Source: Candidatus Saccharimonadales bacterium (GTDB taxonomy: Bacteria; Patescibacteriota; Saccharimonadia; Saccharimonadales; UBA4665). Taken from it: a DNA stretch of 64,000 bases. A program made the translations under genes and the position numbers. Below, one piece after another: positions 40,496-48,621 of this stretch. How positions within the stretch are numbered: the first letter of the stretch is position 1; the number at the start of each line of letters is the position of its first letter. The notes under the pieces were generated by a model. It was given only the letters and a program-made list of their open reading frames with translations. It made no database searches and was not told where the DNA came from. Where the stretch lies: the NCBI GenBank assembly GCA_035479135.1, contig DATIIY010000003.1:42302-106301 (forward strand), in the 5' to 3' direction.

Positions 40496-40630
40496 ATGTC
40501 CACCCTATCTAACGACGAAGCAGACGCATTAATGGAAAAGTTCGAAAAGTGGGACAACAAGCAAGCCAGGCACGAATTTATACACCGAATGGAGCGCAAG
40601 CTAAACCGCAAGCAGCGCCTGATTAATTAA
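40496..40630 (+). CDS. small hypothetical protein (44 aa, not in the ORF track)
   Basis: AGGAGG sits 6 nt upstream of the ATG. Translation is MSTLSNDEADALMEKFEKWDNKQARHEFIHRMERKLNRKQRLIN, helical and basic at the C-terminus. The opposite-strand 61-aa track ORF has no SD. Confidence 0.45.
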   Translation: MSTLSNDEADALMEKFEKWDNKQARHEFIHRMERKLNRKQRLIN

Positions 40631-40631
40631 T

Positions 40632-41180
40632 TTAAAACCGGATATGTTTCATAAGGCTGTCAACAGCATCAGCTTTGTGATTTTCGACGGGCAACCGACT
40701 AGTTAGAATTGCCATAATTTGATCTTCCTCCTCCGGAGGATAATATACGGTGATAGTTGGAGCAAACCTTTTGTGCGGCATGAATAAGACACCTGAAAAA
40801 GCCCCTTCCTGAACTATTGAAAACCAGCGAAAATGATCAAAATTGTAATGCTTCTCGCCAATATTTAAACCTCTGGAATTGAGCGAGTAATTCAATTGGC
40901 GTGGCTGGTGACCGGCGTAAAAACCGAAAAGTAGTCCGGCAAATACCACCACTGCAACCGATATCACGTCGTGGAAAAGCAAATATATGGCAACTGCCAA
41001 AACTATGGTAGTCAAAGCCAGCAGACCATACCAGCCGGCCGATTTATCATGAGCCACAAACTCTGAGGCCGTCCAGGTTATATCCTTGGTATTTTGCTCT
41101 TCTGGCTCGGGTTGGGCATCGTCCACTTCAGTTTGAAGTTGATTATTCGTAATTTCGGTCCCGGTTTCCGCCTCTTCCAT
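40632..41180 (-). CDS. hypothetical two-TM membrane protein
   Basis: 182 aa. Acidic N-terminus, a TM hairpin (WYGLLALTTIVLAVAIYLLF / ISVAVVVFAGLLFGFY), then a soluble C-terminal domain. Confidence 0.5.
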   Translation of the reverse strand: MEEAETGTEITNNQLQTEVDDAQPEPEEQNTKDITWTASEFVAHDKSAGWYGLLALTTIVLAVAIYLLFHDVISVAVVVFAGLLFGFYAGHQPRQLNYSLNSRGLNIGEKHYNFDHFRWFSIVQEGAFSGVLFMPHKRFAPTITVYYPPEEEDQIMAILTSRLPVENHKADAVDSLMKHIRF

Positions 41181-41326
41181 AATGGCTATTGTAAACCAAG
41201 ATTCGAGGGTTCACAAAACCAGCCTAGGATTGTAGTCACAAGTATTGTTTTGCTAAAAACCCTCCTAGACTGCTATAATCACCTCTGTTAATAATTGGCG
41301 AAGCTAAAGTTGTCAAATCAATGCAC

Positions 41327-41416
41327 GGAAGGGTGTCCGAGCGGTTTAAGGAACTGGTCTTGAAAACCAGCATGCCAGCAATGGTATCGTGGGTTCGAAT
41401 CCCACCCCTTCCGCCA
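41327..41416 (+). tRNA. tRNA-Ser (anticodon TGA)
   Basis: GGAAGGG...CCCTTCC acceptor, anticodon stem-loop CTGGT-CTTGAAA-ACCAG, long variable arm, GGTTCGAATCC and an encoded CCA. Confidence 0.9.
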
Positions 41417-41449
41417 ATGTACGTTAAAATAGTGAAACAATTCAGATAA

Positions 41450-41542
41450 GGAGAGGTACCCAAGAGGCTGAAGGGGTCGGTTTGCTAAATCGATAGGGGG
41501 GAGCAATCCCCCGCGAGGGTTCGAATCCCTCTCTCTCCGCCA
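41450..41542 (+). tRNA. tRNA-Ser (anticodon GCT)
   Basis: GGAGAGG...CTCTCTCC acceptor, anticodon loop TTGCTAA, long variable arm (GGGGGGAGCAATCCCCC), GGTTCGAATCC and an encoded CCA. Confidence 0.9.
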
Positions 41543-41546
41543 TATA

Positions 41547-42230
41547 TTAGATATTATTTATGAATTCCGGCTGGGCAAAAACCACGGCTTCGACTCGCTT
41601 AGCCCCAGCCGATCTTAAAACTAAGGCGGCTGCTTCTAGTGTGGCTCCGGTAGTTATAACATCGTCTACCAGCAAAACGTGGCGGCCGCGCAATTGTTCC
41701 GGCCGTTTAAGTCGAAACACTGCTGATAATTGACTTAGCCTGGCTTGCCTGGACAAGCCGTGCTGATGCATTTGACCTACGCGGCGAAGTCGATCGAAGT
41801 AAGGCGCCCTGGTCTGCAAGGATAATTCACGGGCAATCAGCCGGGCTTGATCATAGCCGCGCTGACGGATACGGCTGGTGGCCGTGGGCACCGGAATTAT
41901 CACGCTTCGATCAGCAACTCTAACTTGTTGGGCCATGTATTTTGCCATAATCCTGGCCGAAGACTGTGCGCCACCTAATTTTAGTTTCCAAATCAGCCCC
42001 TTAGCCACGCTGCCATAAACAGCCGCGACCTTAACGCTGTAGAGTAAGCTGGTTTGTCGACATTTTTCACAAGTTAATGAATCGTTCATTAATTTGCGGC
42101 AGCGGTAACACCTATCGGGAATACCCTGTAAACTACCGGCACATAACCCACATAACAGATTACCTTCGGCTCCGCAGGCAAGGCAATCATGTGGCGCGAC
42201 GATTCCCAGTAAACTATCTAAAAGACTCAT
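41547..42230 (-). CDS. comFC: ComF family protein (phosphoribosyltransferase domain, ComFC-like)
   Basis: N-terminal Cys4 pattern (CLACG...CGLC...CYRC...CEKC) and C-terminal PRT motif VLLVDDVITTGATL. The start is trimmed to MSLLDSLLGIV (the track ORF extends to 42275). Confidence 0.8.
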   Translation of the reverse strand: MSLLDSLLGIVAPHDCLACGAEGNLLCGLCAGSLQGIPDRCYRCRKLMNDSLTCEKCRQTSLLYSVKVAAVYGSVAKGLIWKLKLGGAQSSARIMAKYMAQQVRVADRSVIIPVPTATSRIRQRGYDQARLIARELSLQTRAPYFDRLRRVGQMHQHGLSRQARLSQLSAVFRLKRPEQLRGRHVLLVDDVITTGATLEAAALVLRSAGAKRVEAVVFAQPEFINNI

Positions 42231-42417
42231 GTTGTGTTTAATGTGTTGTAAATATGTACCCCACGCATTGCACACCGTTCATCGCCTAAGCTATACTGCT
42301 ACTAACATAAAAATGCAAGATTTTTAATCTCTTTCCTCACTTTGGCTACTCCAGCGATAGTGATAGCGATTCGAAAACCGGCCCACAGCAATAATTTAGT
42401 GGAGGGTAACAGCTAGC

Positions 42418-42897
42418 ATGGCGCGACGCAATCAAGACGATGATCTTTTGCTTGAAGAAGATGAATTAACAGCGGCTTTTCTCGGTGATGAAGGCCCTGC
42501 TCCAGAGGGCGAAGCCGAACCGGCCGGAGCTTCTCCGGTCCCTGAAGATGAATGGGATGAAGACAATAATGTACCCGGCCAGTTGGCCGTCGATGTTTAT
42601 GAAACCAGGGAGAAATTAATCGTTAAGGCCCGCACCGCCGGTGTCAACAAAAGCGACCTGGATGTCAGTATTTCAGATAATCAATTAACAATCCGCGGCA
42701 CGCTTAGCTCCGGCAGCGAAAACGACGTCGAGAACTATTTCCTGCAGGAATGTTACTGGGGTGAATTTTCCCGAACTATCGCCTTACCAGTTCCCGTCAA
42801 AGAAGAAGAAATCGAAGCCGTACTCAAAGACGGCGTGCTAACCATTAGCTTCGGCAAAGTCCAACAGGACACTATCAAGAAGATCCAAGTCCTCTAG
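42418..42897 (+). CDS. Hsp20/alpha-crystallin family small heat-shock protein
   Basis: 159 aa. The alpha-crystallin domain carries DVYETREKLIVKA..GV, FSRTIALP and DGVLTI. Confidence 0.85.
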   Translation: MARRNQDDDLLLEEDELTAAFLGDEGPAPEGEAEPAGASPVPEDEWDEDNNVPGQLAVDVYETREKLIVKARTAGVNKSDLDVSISDNQLTIRGTLSSGSENDVENYFLQECYWGEFSRTIALPVPVKEEEIEAVLKDGVLTISFGKVQQDTIKKIQVL

Positions 42898-42916
42898 CCC
42901 TTTTGGAATCAATAAG

Positions 42917-43378
42917 TTAGCCGCCTATGGTACCGTTTTGAACATTGTTCGATTGGTTAAGCACAAAGTGCACGATGAGTTGAGCCAGAGCTACTATAAT
43001 TAGACCAATTATGGCATAAATAAGTGTATTCTTAGCGCTGCCAACACGGCCAGAATCACCACCGGAAGTAATGTAGCGGAAGCCACCATAAATTATCATG
43101 ATTACAGAAACCGCGCCAACTATGATAGAAAATATCTTAACTATATTCTGGGCGATCTTACCGATGCTACTACTATCTACATTTGTTGAGTCACAGGTAA
43201 CACTGCCAGGTTGACCAGATGCTTGACTGGCACCATCAGCCACGTTATTTGCAATATTACTAGTACAACCTTCCGCGTTCGCTACACCAAGAGTTAGCGG
43301 AACAAGTCCTGGCGCCAATAGCGAAAGCATCATTATTAGTGGCAGAAAATAGCTTTTTATTTTTTGTGTCATATTCAA
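42917..43378 (-). CDS. T4SS pilin-like protein (VirB2/TrbC-like), paralog 1 of 6
   Basis: 153 aa. Signal/anchor, a variable region with 2 Cys, then a conserved TM hairpin (IIYGGFRYITSGGDSGRVGSAKNTLIYAIIGLIIVALAQLIV). Confidence 0.7.
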   Translation of the reverse strand: MNMTQKIKSYFLPLIMMLSLLAPGLVPLTLGVANAEGCTSNIANNVADGASQASGQPGSVTCDSTNVDSSSIGKIAQNIVKIFSIIVGAVSVIMIIYGGFRYITSGGDSGRVGSAKNTLIYAIIGLIIVALAQLIVHFVLNQSNNVQNGTIGG

Positions 43379-43459
43379 ACCTTTCTTTTCGATATCTGTC
43401 AGTTTATATCTTATTTATACTACATGTTTATGTTTAAAATCAAGATCTGCACATGTATG

Positions 43460-43930
43460 CTAATTCTTTACACATTTATTGGCTGATGAATCAAAATGTT
43501 GATTAACGCCACAATTATTTGTAACATTTGTTGACTGTGTAAGGATGAATGTAACCAGTAATTGAGCCAAAACTGCTATTGCCAGCCCAATTAATGCATA
43601 TATCAGAGTATTTTTGGCTGAACTTATCCTAGCAGAATCTCCACCGGATGTAATATATCTTAAACCGCTGTAGATTATCATAATTATTGCTGCCGCCCCG
43701 GTTATTATGCTTAGAATTTTCACTGCAGCACTAATTGTATTCGTAACACCGCTCCCATTACAGGTGTCGCCCGTTTCGCCAACACCGTTTAAAACTTGGT
43801 CTTTAGACGTTCCGGATGTTCCTCCACAAGCATAAGCCGATATTGGAGAGCTTAAATTGAGTCCAACTAGAGCTGTTAATAACAAGGCAGTTGGGATAAA
43901 AATTCGACGAAGATTATTTAAAAATTTCAT
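43460..43930 (-). CDS. T4SS pilin-like protein, paralog 2 of 6
   Basis: The start is trimmed to MKFLNNLRR, preceded by TAGGAG. Core IIYSGLRYITSGGDSARISSAKNTLIYALIGLAIAVLAQLLV. It has an extra C-terminal tail with a Cys pair. Confidence 0.7.
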   Translation of the reverse strand: MKFLNNLRRIFIPTALLLTALVGLNLSSPISAYACGGTSGTSKDQVLNGVGETGDTCNGSGVTNTISAAVKILSIITGAAAIIMIIYSGLRYITSGGDSARISSAKNTLIYALIGLAIAVLAQLLVTFILTQSTNVTNNCGVNQHFDSSANKCVKN

Positions 43931-43937
43931 ATAACTC

Positions 43938-44333
43938 CTAAAGTTTATTAACAACATAAGTTATTAAGCTCGACGCTAAAGCGATCACAAGTAGTCCAAT
44001 TATTGCCCCTGTTAGAGTGCTTTTGGCAGTGCCCACAGCATTGCTGTCCCCACCAGAAGTTATATATCGCAAGCCACTAATTATTATTAAAATCACTGCT
44101 GCTGCACCGGCGATATAGGCCACAATTTGGGTAATATCGTATAGCAAGCCGTTACTGCCGGAGATGGGGTCACTGGAGGTTTTGTCCTGGCAGACTGCAG
44201 AGGTTTTGTTAGTGCTGTCGCTACAATTAATTCCCGAGGGACCTCCAAAAGGGTCAAAAGCTAAAGCAGTTGTTGGCGTAGCAATAAAACATAGGCAAAG
44301 TAACATAATTGAACATAATAGTCGTCGTATCAT
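43938..44333 (-). CDS. T4SS pilin-like protein, paralog 3 of 6
   Basis: 131 aa. Signal peptide ending ALA-FD, 2 Cys, and core IISGLRYITSGGDSNAVGTAKSTLTGAIIGLLVIALA. Confidence 0.7.
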   Translation of the reverse strand: MIRRLLCSIMLLCLCFIATPTTALAFDPFGGPSGINCSDSTNKTSAVCQDKTSSDPISGSNGLLYDITQIVAYIAGAAAVILIIISGLRYITSGGDSNAVGTAKSTLTGAIIGLLVIALASSLITYVVNKL

Positions 44334-44626
44334 CCTACACGACTCCCCACGAAGAAAACTATTGATTCAGCTGCAATGGCGATAGTCAATCCAACTAATG
44401 AATAAACAATGCCATTCTTAGCCTTAGAAATCTTCTGCGGATCACCGGCAGCCACAATGTAACGCAGGCCTGATATGGTAATCATCAGAAGTGCCAAGGC
44501 ACCGGCAACTCCGAAAGCAATACCCAAAACCGTTGGAATAAATGAACCACCGCTAGTTACGTCAGGGTGTGGTAGACTGCGGCCACTGATTTCAGTACTA
44601 ACGATGGTGTTTATTATTGTTTCCAT
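44330..44626 (-). CDS. T4SS pilin-like protein, paralog 4 of 6
   Basis: 98 aa with no Cys. Core ISGLRYIVAAGDPQKISKAKNGIVYSLVGLTIAIAA. Has a 4-nt overlap with the next gene. Confidence 0.65.
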   Translation of the reverse strand: METIINTIVSTEISGRSLPHPDVTSGGSFIPTVLGIAFGVAGALALLMITISGLRYIVAAGDPQKISKAKNGIVYSLVGLTIAIAAESIVFFVGSRVG

Positions 44627-44627
44627 T

Positions 44628-45032
44628 TTATGACAGTTTATTACCTATAAATGATACTACAGCCACTGAAACCATGGCTATCGCCATCCCAATTAAGGCA
44701 TTTATAACGGTGCCTTGGGCTCTAGCAGTAGCCTCCGGATCACCCTGACTGGCAATGTACTTTATGGCTCCATAAAATACGAAGGCCACGGCCACAATTC
44801 CGGCAATGCGTAGTAAATCATCAACGACAGCCAACAAAATCAGAGGTAAATCACTGCCGCCAGCCGAGATAAAATTAAAGTTGGTATTTATGTTGCAAGC
44901 ATAAGTTACGCCGTTAACTGTTACTCCAAAATCTTTGTCAGGCAAGTAATGATACCAAGTTACCAGACCAAAGAAATCATGCCGACAACCAGCTGGAGCA
45001 GAAGCAAAATATAATAATTGCAGCCAAATCAT
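44628..45032 (-). CDS. T4SS pilin-like protein, paralog 5 of 6
   Basis: 134 aa. FFGLVTWYHYLP motif and core FYGAIKYIASQGDPEATARAQGTVINALIGMAIAMVS. Confidence 0.62.
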   Translation of the reverse strand: MIWLQLLYFASAPAGCRHDFFGLVTWYHYLPDKDFGVTVNGVTYACNINTNFNFISAGGSDLPLILLAVVDDLLRIAGIVAVAFVFYGAIKYIASQGDPEATARAQGTVINALIGMAIAMVSVAVVSFIGNKLS

Positions 45033-45051
45033 AATTTATACCTGCGTTTAT

Positions 45052-45621
45052 TCAATGTAAAAATCCTCCCGGCACTAAGAATTGCAAAAATCCGTATAAC
45101 AATGCGTAAGCGAAGATTGCGATAATCGTACCACTAATTCTATTCTTGGCGGATGAGGCCTTCTGCGGGTCACCTTCAGAAGTCGAAAATTGAATACCGC
45201 CAATAATCAATGAAATTACAGCAATTAAACCAAATATCGCTGTCAACAAATTAATTCCAGGATTAATGTACTTGGCTATCAGATCGCAGCTGTCAGCTGA
45301 GCAGTCGACCGCCGGGTCAGTGCCATCACCAATATCCCAACCTTGCTTACAACTGGTGCGCAAATTCTTATCCGGATAAGCAGAGGTGCTGCAAGCGCTA
45401 GTTTTAGATGTACCGCCAGCTTGGGCTTTCCACCCATGTTCGCAGGCTGCCTCATTGTCACCGCTTAGATTTAGCGGACTGCAAGCATTGCAAGCATTGG
45501 GGCTACCGCTTTTTGAGCAATCGGGGCTGGCAGACACAACTGACAAAGGCGCGATGAAAAACAAAGCCAAAAACAGAATTAAACTGCGTGCAAAATATGG
45601 CTTCAATATTTTTTGTATCAT
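45052..45621 (-). CDS. T4SS pilin-like protein with a Cys-rich ectodomain, paralog 6 of 6
   Basis: 189 aa. Signal peptide, a roughly 95-aa region with 10 Cys, then core IIGGIQFSTSEGDPQKASSAKNRISGTIIAIFAYALL. Confidence 0.62.
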   Translation of the reverse strand: MIQKILKPYFARSLILFLALFFIAPLSVVSASPDCSKSGSPNACNACSPLNLSGDNEAACEHGWKAQAGGTSKTSACSTSAYPDKNLRTSCKQGWDIGDGTDPAVDCSADSCDLIAKYINPGINLLTAIFGLIAVISLIIGGIQFSTSEGDPQKASSAKNRISGTIIAIFAYALLYGFLQFLVPGGFLH

Positions 45622-45707
45622 CTAGTAATGTTTAATTTTACGAATGTCTAAATCTATTATGTGGCTCCATATGCAAAAAAACAAGAGTACCGAAGTCTAA
45701 CCACTTA

Positions 45708-45716
45708 TGGTATATT
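45708..45716 (+). promoter_or_regulatory. candidate extended -10 promoter element for the T4SS operon
   Basis: TGGTATATT (a TGn + TATAAT-like element) ends 30 nt upstream of the ATG at 45746. No good -35. Confidence 0.35.
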
Positions 45717-45745
45717 GGTTAAGGTAATCTTTCAAAGATAAAAAC

Positions 45746-48568
45746 ATGTGGCGTAGACTGATCTACTTATTCCCCGTTGTACTGATCCTTGCTACTATTG
45801 GCGTGAATATTGTCCAGTCACCGAATGCCTTGGCTGCCACAACAGCAACAAGTTATTGCGACTCACAAGGTTTTGCTTCAAAAACTGGTGAGGATTACAA
45901 AGCCTGCCAGCACGGTTTCAACGGCAAAGTAGCTGGCACCAGCCAACAAGCAAGTTGTAAAAATGAAGGCGGTTCTGCCACAAACCAAGGTGATCCCAAG
46001 TATATATGTTATGTAGCTTGGTCGGTCGCAACAGTAGGCAATAAACCCGCACCAGTAGTCCAACCATATAAAAGTCCATCTGCTGCAGCTAAAAAAGCTT
46101 GCACTGGCTCAGACTCCCCAGTTTCAGGTGGAGATGCTGGTACGATTAATGCTTGTGAGCGCGGATATGATGGTGGCAAAAGCGGTAAAACACAGAGCCA
46201 AGCCTGTAGTGTCCTGGTCGGCGAATCAAAAACTACGGGCAATGCTGATGAATGCGGTATAGGTTGGGATCTGGCAACAGGCGCCCCAATTCCGGGTGCC
46301 AGCTCTAGAGGCAGCGGGAGTACTGGCAGTGGTAGCGATGCTTCTGCTGCTGCACCTACATTGGGCTGCGATACCAAGTTTACCAATCCGCTGACCTGGA
46401 TTATTTGTCCCGTTACGGATGTATTAGTACAAATTGTTGGCGCAATTGATAACGCCATTACTAACCAATTAAATATAAAAACAGATGCAATTTTTTGTAC
46501 AGATACTGATACTTGCCAAGCCTACTATTCAGCCTGGCAATCGTTTAGAAATATCGCTCTTGGTCTAATGGCCATCGCTGGTCTTATTATTGTAATTGCC
46601 CAAGCATTAGGTGTGGAGGTACTAGATGCCTACACTATTCGCAAAACATTACCAAGATTGCTAATTGTAGCAGTTGCAATAACGCTCTCATGGCCATTAA
46701 TGAAATTTCTGATTGATCTATCTGATGATTTGGGTTTTGGAGTTAGACATCTTATATATGCGCCATTTTCTCATTTGGGATCTGGACTTAATTTAGACTT
46801 TGGTGGAAATGCCGCCAATATATTCTTCGGTGGTTTGGGTTTTGCGGCAGTAACCGGAGCTGGTGTAGGAGCGGCGGCTTTTACCCTATTAGGCGGGATA
46901 GGTGCGCTTCTAGGTTATGCAGGTACGGCCGCTTTGGCAGTTTTCGTGGCAATCGTTGTGCTGATATTAAGACAAATAATAATAATTTTATTAATGCTTT
47001 TGGCTCCTGTAGCTTTGGTTGCTTACATCTTGCCTAATACTCAAAGGATTTATAGATTATGGGGTGATACTTTTCTGAGAGCACTTCTGATGTTTCCATT
47101 AATCTCAGCTCTAATAGCTACCGGTAGAGTATTTTCAGCTGTAGCAATTCATAATGGAGGGGCATTAAACCAACTGATTGGATTTGCAGCTTATTTTGCG
47201 CCATATTTCTTGATACCCTTGACTTTCAGAATGTCAGGTGCTGCTATTAATGGTGTTGGTAGCTTTGTAAATAGCCGAGCACAAGGTGGTTTCGAAGGAC
47301 TTCGCAAATTCCGCACCACCCGACGGCAGAAAGGCAGAGAACGAATATTGTCAGGCAATCTATTTAATAAGGCGCGAGAGGGTTCATACCGTCAAAAATT
47401 AAATCAGGCTTATCAGTCTGGTGGTTTGGGTTTGGCCAATACTGACCGGATGGGTAGTAACCCAATGAAATGGCGCAGAAATGCTCAACAATTACGCGAA
47501 ACAGCAAACCTGAATAACGCAGATAAGCTATTACAGTCAGAAGAATTTAAACCGTACGTGGGAGATGACGACTTTGCTAAGGCTGCCATGAACAGTGGCG
47601 GTAGCGTTGATAGCTTTAAGCGATACCTCAGAGAAACAGGTAAATTCAGTAACGCTGATATTGAACAAAAGGGTACCGGTTTTGAAATTATGCAGAGGAA
47701 ATTTGGTACACCTGCCCTTGAACAAGGTGCCTTTCAGAGTGCCCTTACAGCTAGCACGTTTCTTGCACCTGGGCAATCAGGCGAATTGCTTGATTATATT
47801 GATAAGCTATCTGGTGGCCGGTCTCAAACCCAAGCACAGCTAATTGCTAAAGCCAAAGACCTTGCTCCAAAAGCTGGCCGTGGAGATGTAGTAGCACCGT
47901 TTAGTGATATGATGGGGCAACTGAAGACAATTGGCGCAGCAACAACCCCTGCAGCCAGGGCAGCAGCTATACGCAATGCCTCCGAATTCCTTGCAGACAC
48001 TAACGAAGATGTAGAAGGTTCTGCCTACTGGTTTACCGGCAAGGGTAGAATGACTGAAGCCGGCATTCCTGCGATTCAACGTAAAATAAAGCGTGCTGCC
48101 AGTAATGTCGCAGCCATTAATCAAAACAACGGCCAACCTATAACAATAACTAGGTTAAACGGAAAGCAAGAAGTGTTGACTGAGGACCAGGCTCATAGAG
48201 AAATGAAACAAGTACTGGCTCAGGTTGCCGGTACATCAGACGTTTTACAGCAGGTATCGCCTGAGAAGCAGCGCCTGTTTGCCGAAGGTGTTCTTTCATG
48301 GCAAATCCCAGGTTTTAAATCTAATGTTATTCAAAATATCGACGACTTTAGTACCGATCCAGAATTTACTGAAACACGTAGCCGCTATGAGAGAAACATG
48401 GCGCAATCGATGCAAAGATCAGCTCAAGCGGAACAAGCAGCAGCACAAGCCGGAGCCAATATGACACCTGCGCAACGAGCTGCGTCAGAAGCTGCAGCGG
48501 CACAGGCAGCGGCAGACGCTGCCAGACAAATGGGCGGCGGTGATCCTAATGTCGGAGGACAACTGTAA
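45746..48568 (+). CDS. extended VirB6/TrbL-like polytopic membrane protein
   Basis: 940 aa. Signal peptide, a roughly 190-aa Cys-rich ectodomain, about 7-8 TM helices (residues about 215-500), and a roughly 440-aa soluble C-terminal extension ending in an Ala/Gln-rich tail. The call rests on architecture and operon position (first gene before PrgI/VirB4). Confidence 0.6.
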   Translation: MWRRLIYLFPVVLILATIGVNIVQSPNALAATTATSYCDSQGFASKTGEDYKACQHGFNGKVAGTSQQASCKNEGGSATNQGDPKYICYVAWSVATVGNKPAPVVQPYKSPSAAAKKACTGSDSPVSGGDAGTINACERGYDGGKSGKTQSQACSVLVGESKTTGNADECGIGWDLATGAPIPGASSRGSGSTGSGSDASAAAPTLGCDTKFTNPLTWIICPVTDVLVQIVGAIDNAITNQLNIKTDAIFCTDTDTCQAYYSAWQSFRNIALGLMAIAGLIIVIAQALGVEVLDAYTIRKTLPRLLIVAVAITLSWPLMKFLIDLSDDLGFGVRHLIYAPFSHLGSGLNLDFGGNAANIFFGGLGFAAVTGAGVGAAAFTLLGGIGALLGYAGTAALAVFVAIVVLILRQIIIILLMLLAPVALVAYILPNTQRIYRLWGDTFLRALLMFPLISALIATGRVFSAVAIHNGGALNQLIGFAAYFAPYFLIPLTFRMSGAAINGVGSFVNSRAQGGFEGLRKFRTTRRQKGRERILSGNLFNKAREGSYRQKLNQAYQSGGLGLANTDRMGSNPMKWRRNAQQLRETANLNNADKLLQSEEFKPYVGDDDFAKAAMNSGGSVDSFKRYLRETGKFSNADIEQKGTGFEIMQRKFGTPALEQGAFQSALTASTFLAPGQSGELLDYIDKLSGGRSQTQAQLIAKAKDLAPKAGRGDVVAPFSDMMGQLKTIGAATTPAARAAAIRNASEFLADTNEDVEGSAYWFTGKGRMTEAGIPAIQRKIKRAASNVAAINQNNGQPITITRLNGKQEVLTEDQAHREMKQVLAQVAGTSDVLQQVSPEKQRLFAEGVLSWQIPGFKSNVIQNIDDFSTDPEFTETRSRYERNMAQSMQRSAQAEQAAAQAGANMTPAQRAASEAAAAQAAADAARQMGGGDPNVGGQL

Positions 48569-48621
48569 GCGTACATTGGTAATTGACTTAGCTTCATATT
48601 TATGCTATAATTTAAGGTGTT

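Noticed and set aside
40426-40611. 61-aa minus-strand track ORF
   Set aside because: It has no SD and an odd Cys/Ser/Leu composition. The plus-strand 44-aa ORF with a perfect AGGAGG SD is the better explanation of this interval.
41236-41506. Two minus-strand ORFs (75 aa and 62 aa)
   Set aside because: Both lie antisense over the tandem tRNA-Ser genes and are artefacts of the structured tRNA sequence.
46009-46458. 149-aa minus-strand ORF antisense to the VirB6-like gene
   Set aside because: It shows Ala/Pro/Leu-rich shadow composition opposite the Gly/Ser/Ala-rich region of the real gene, and it has no start context.
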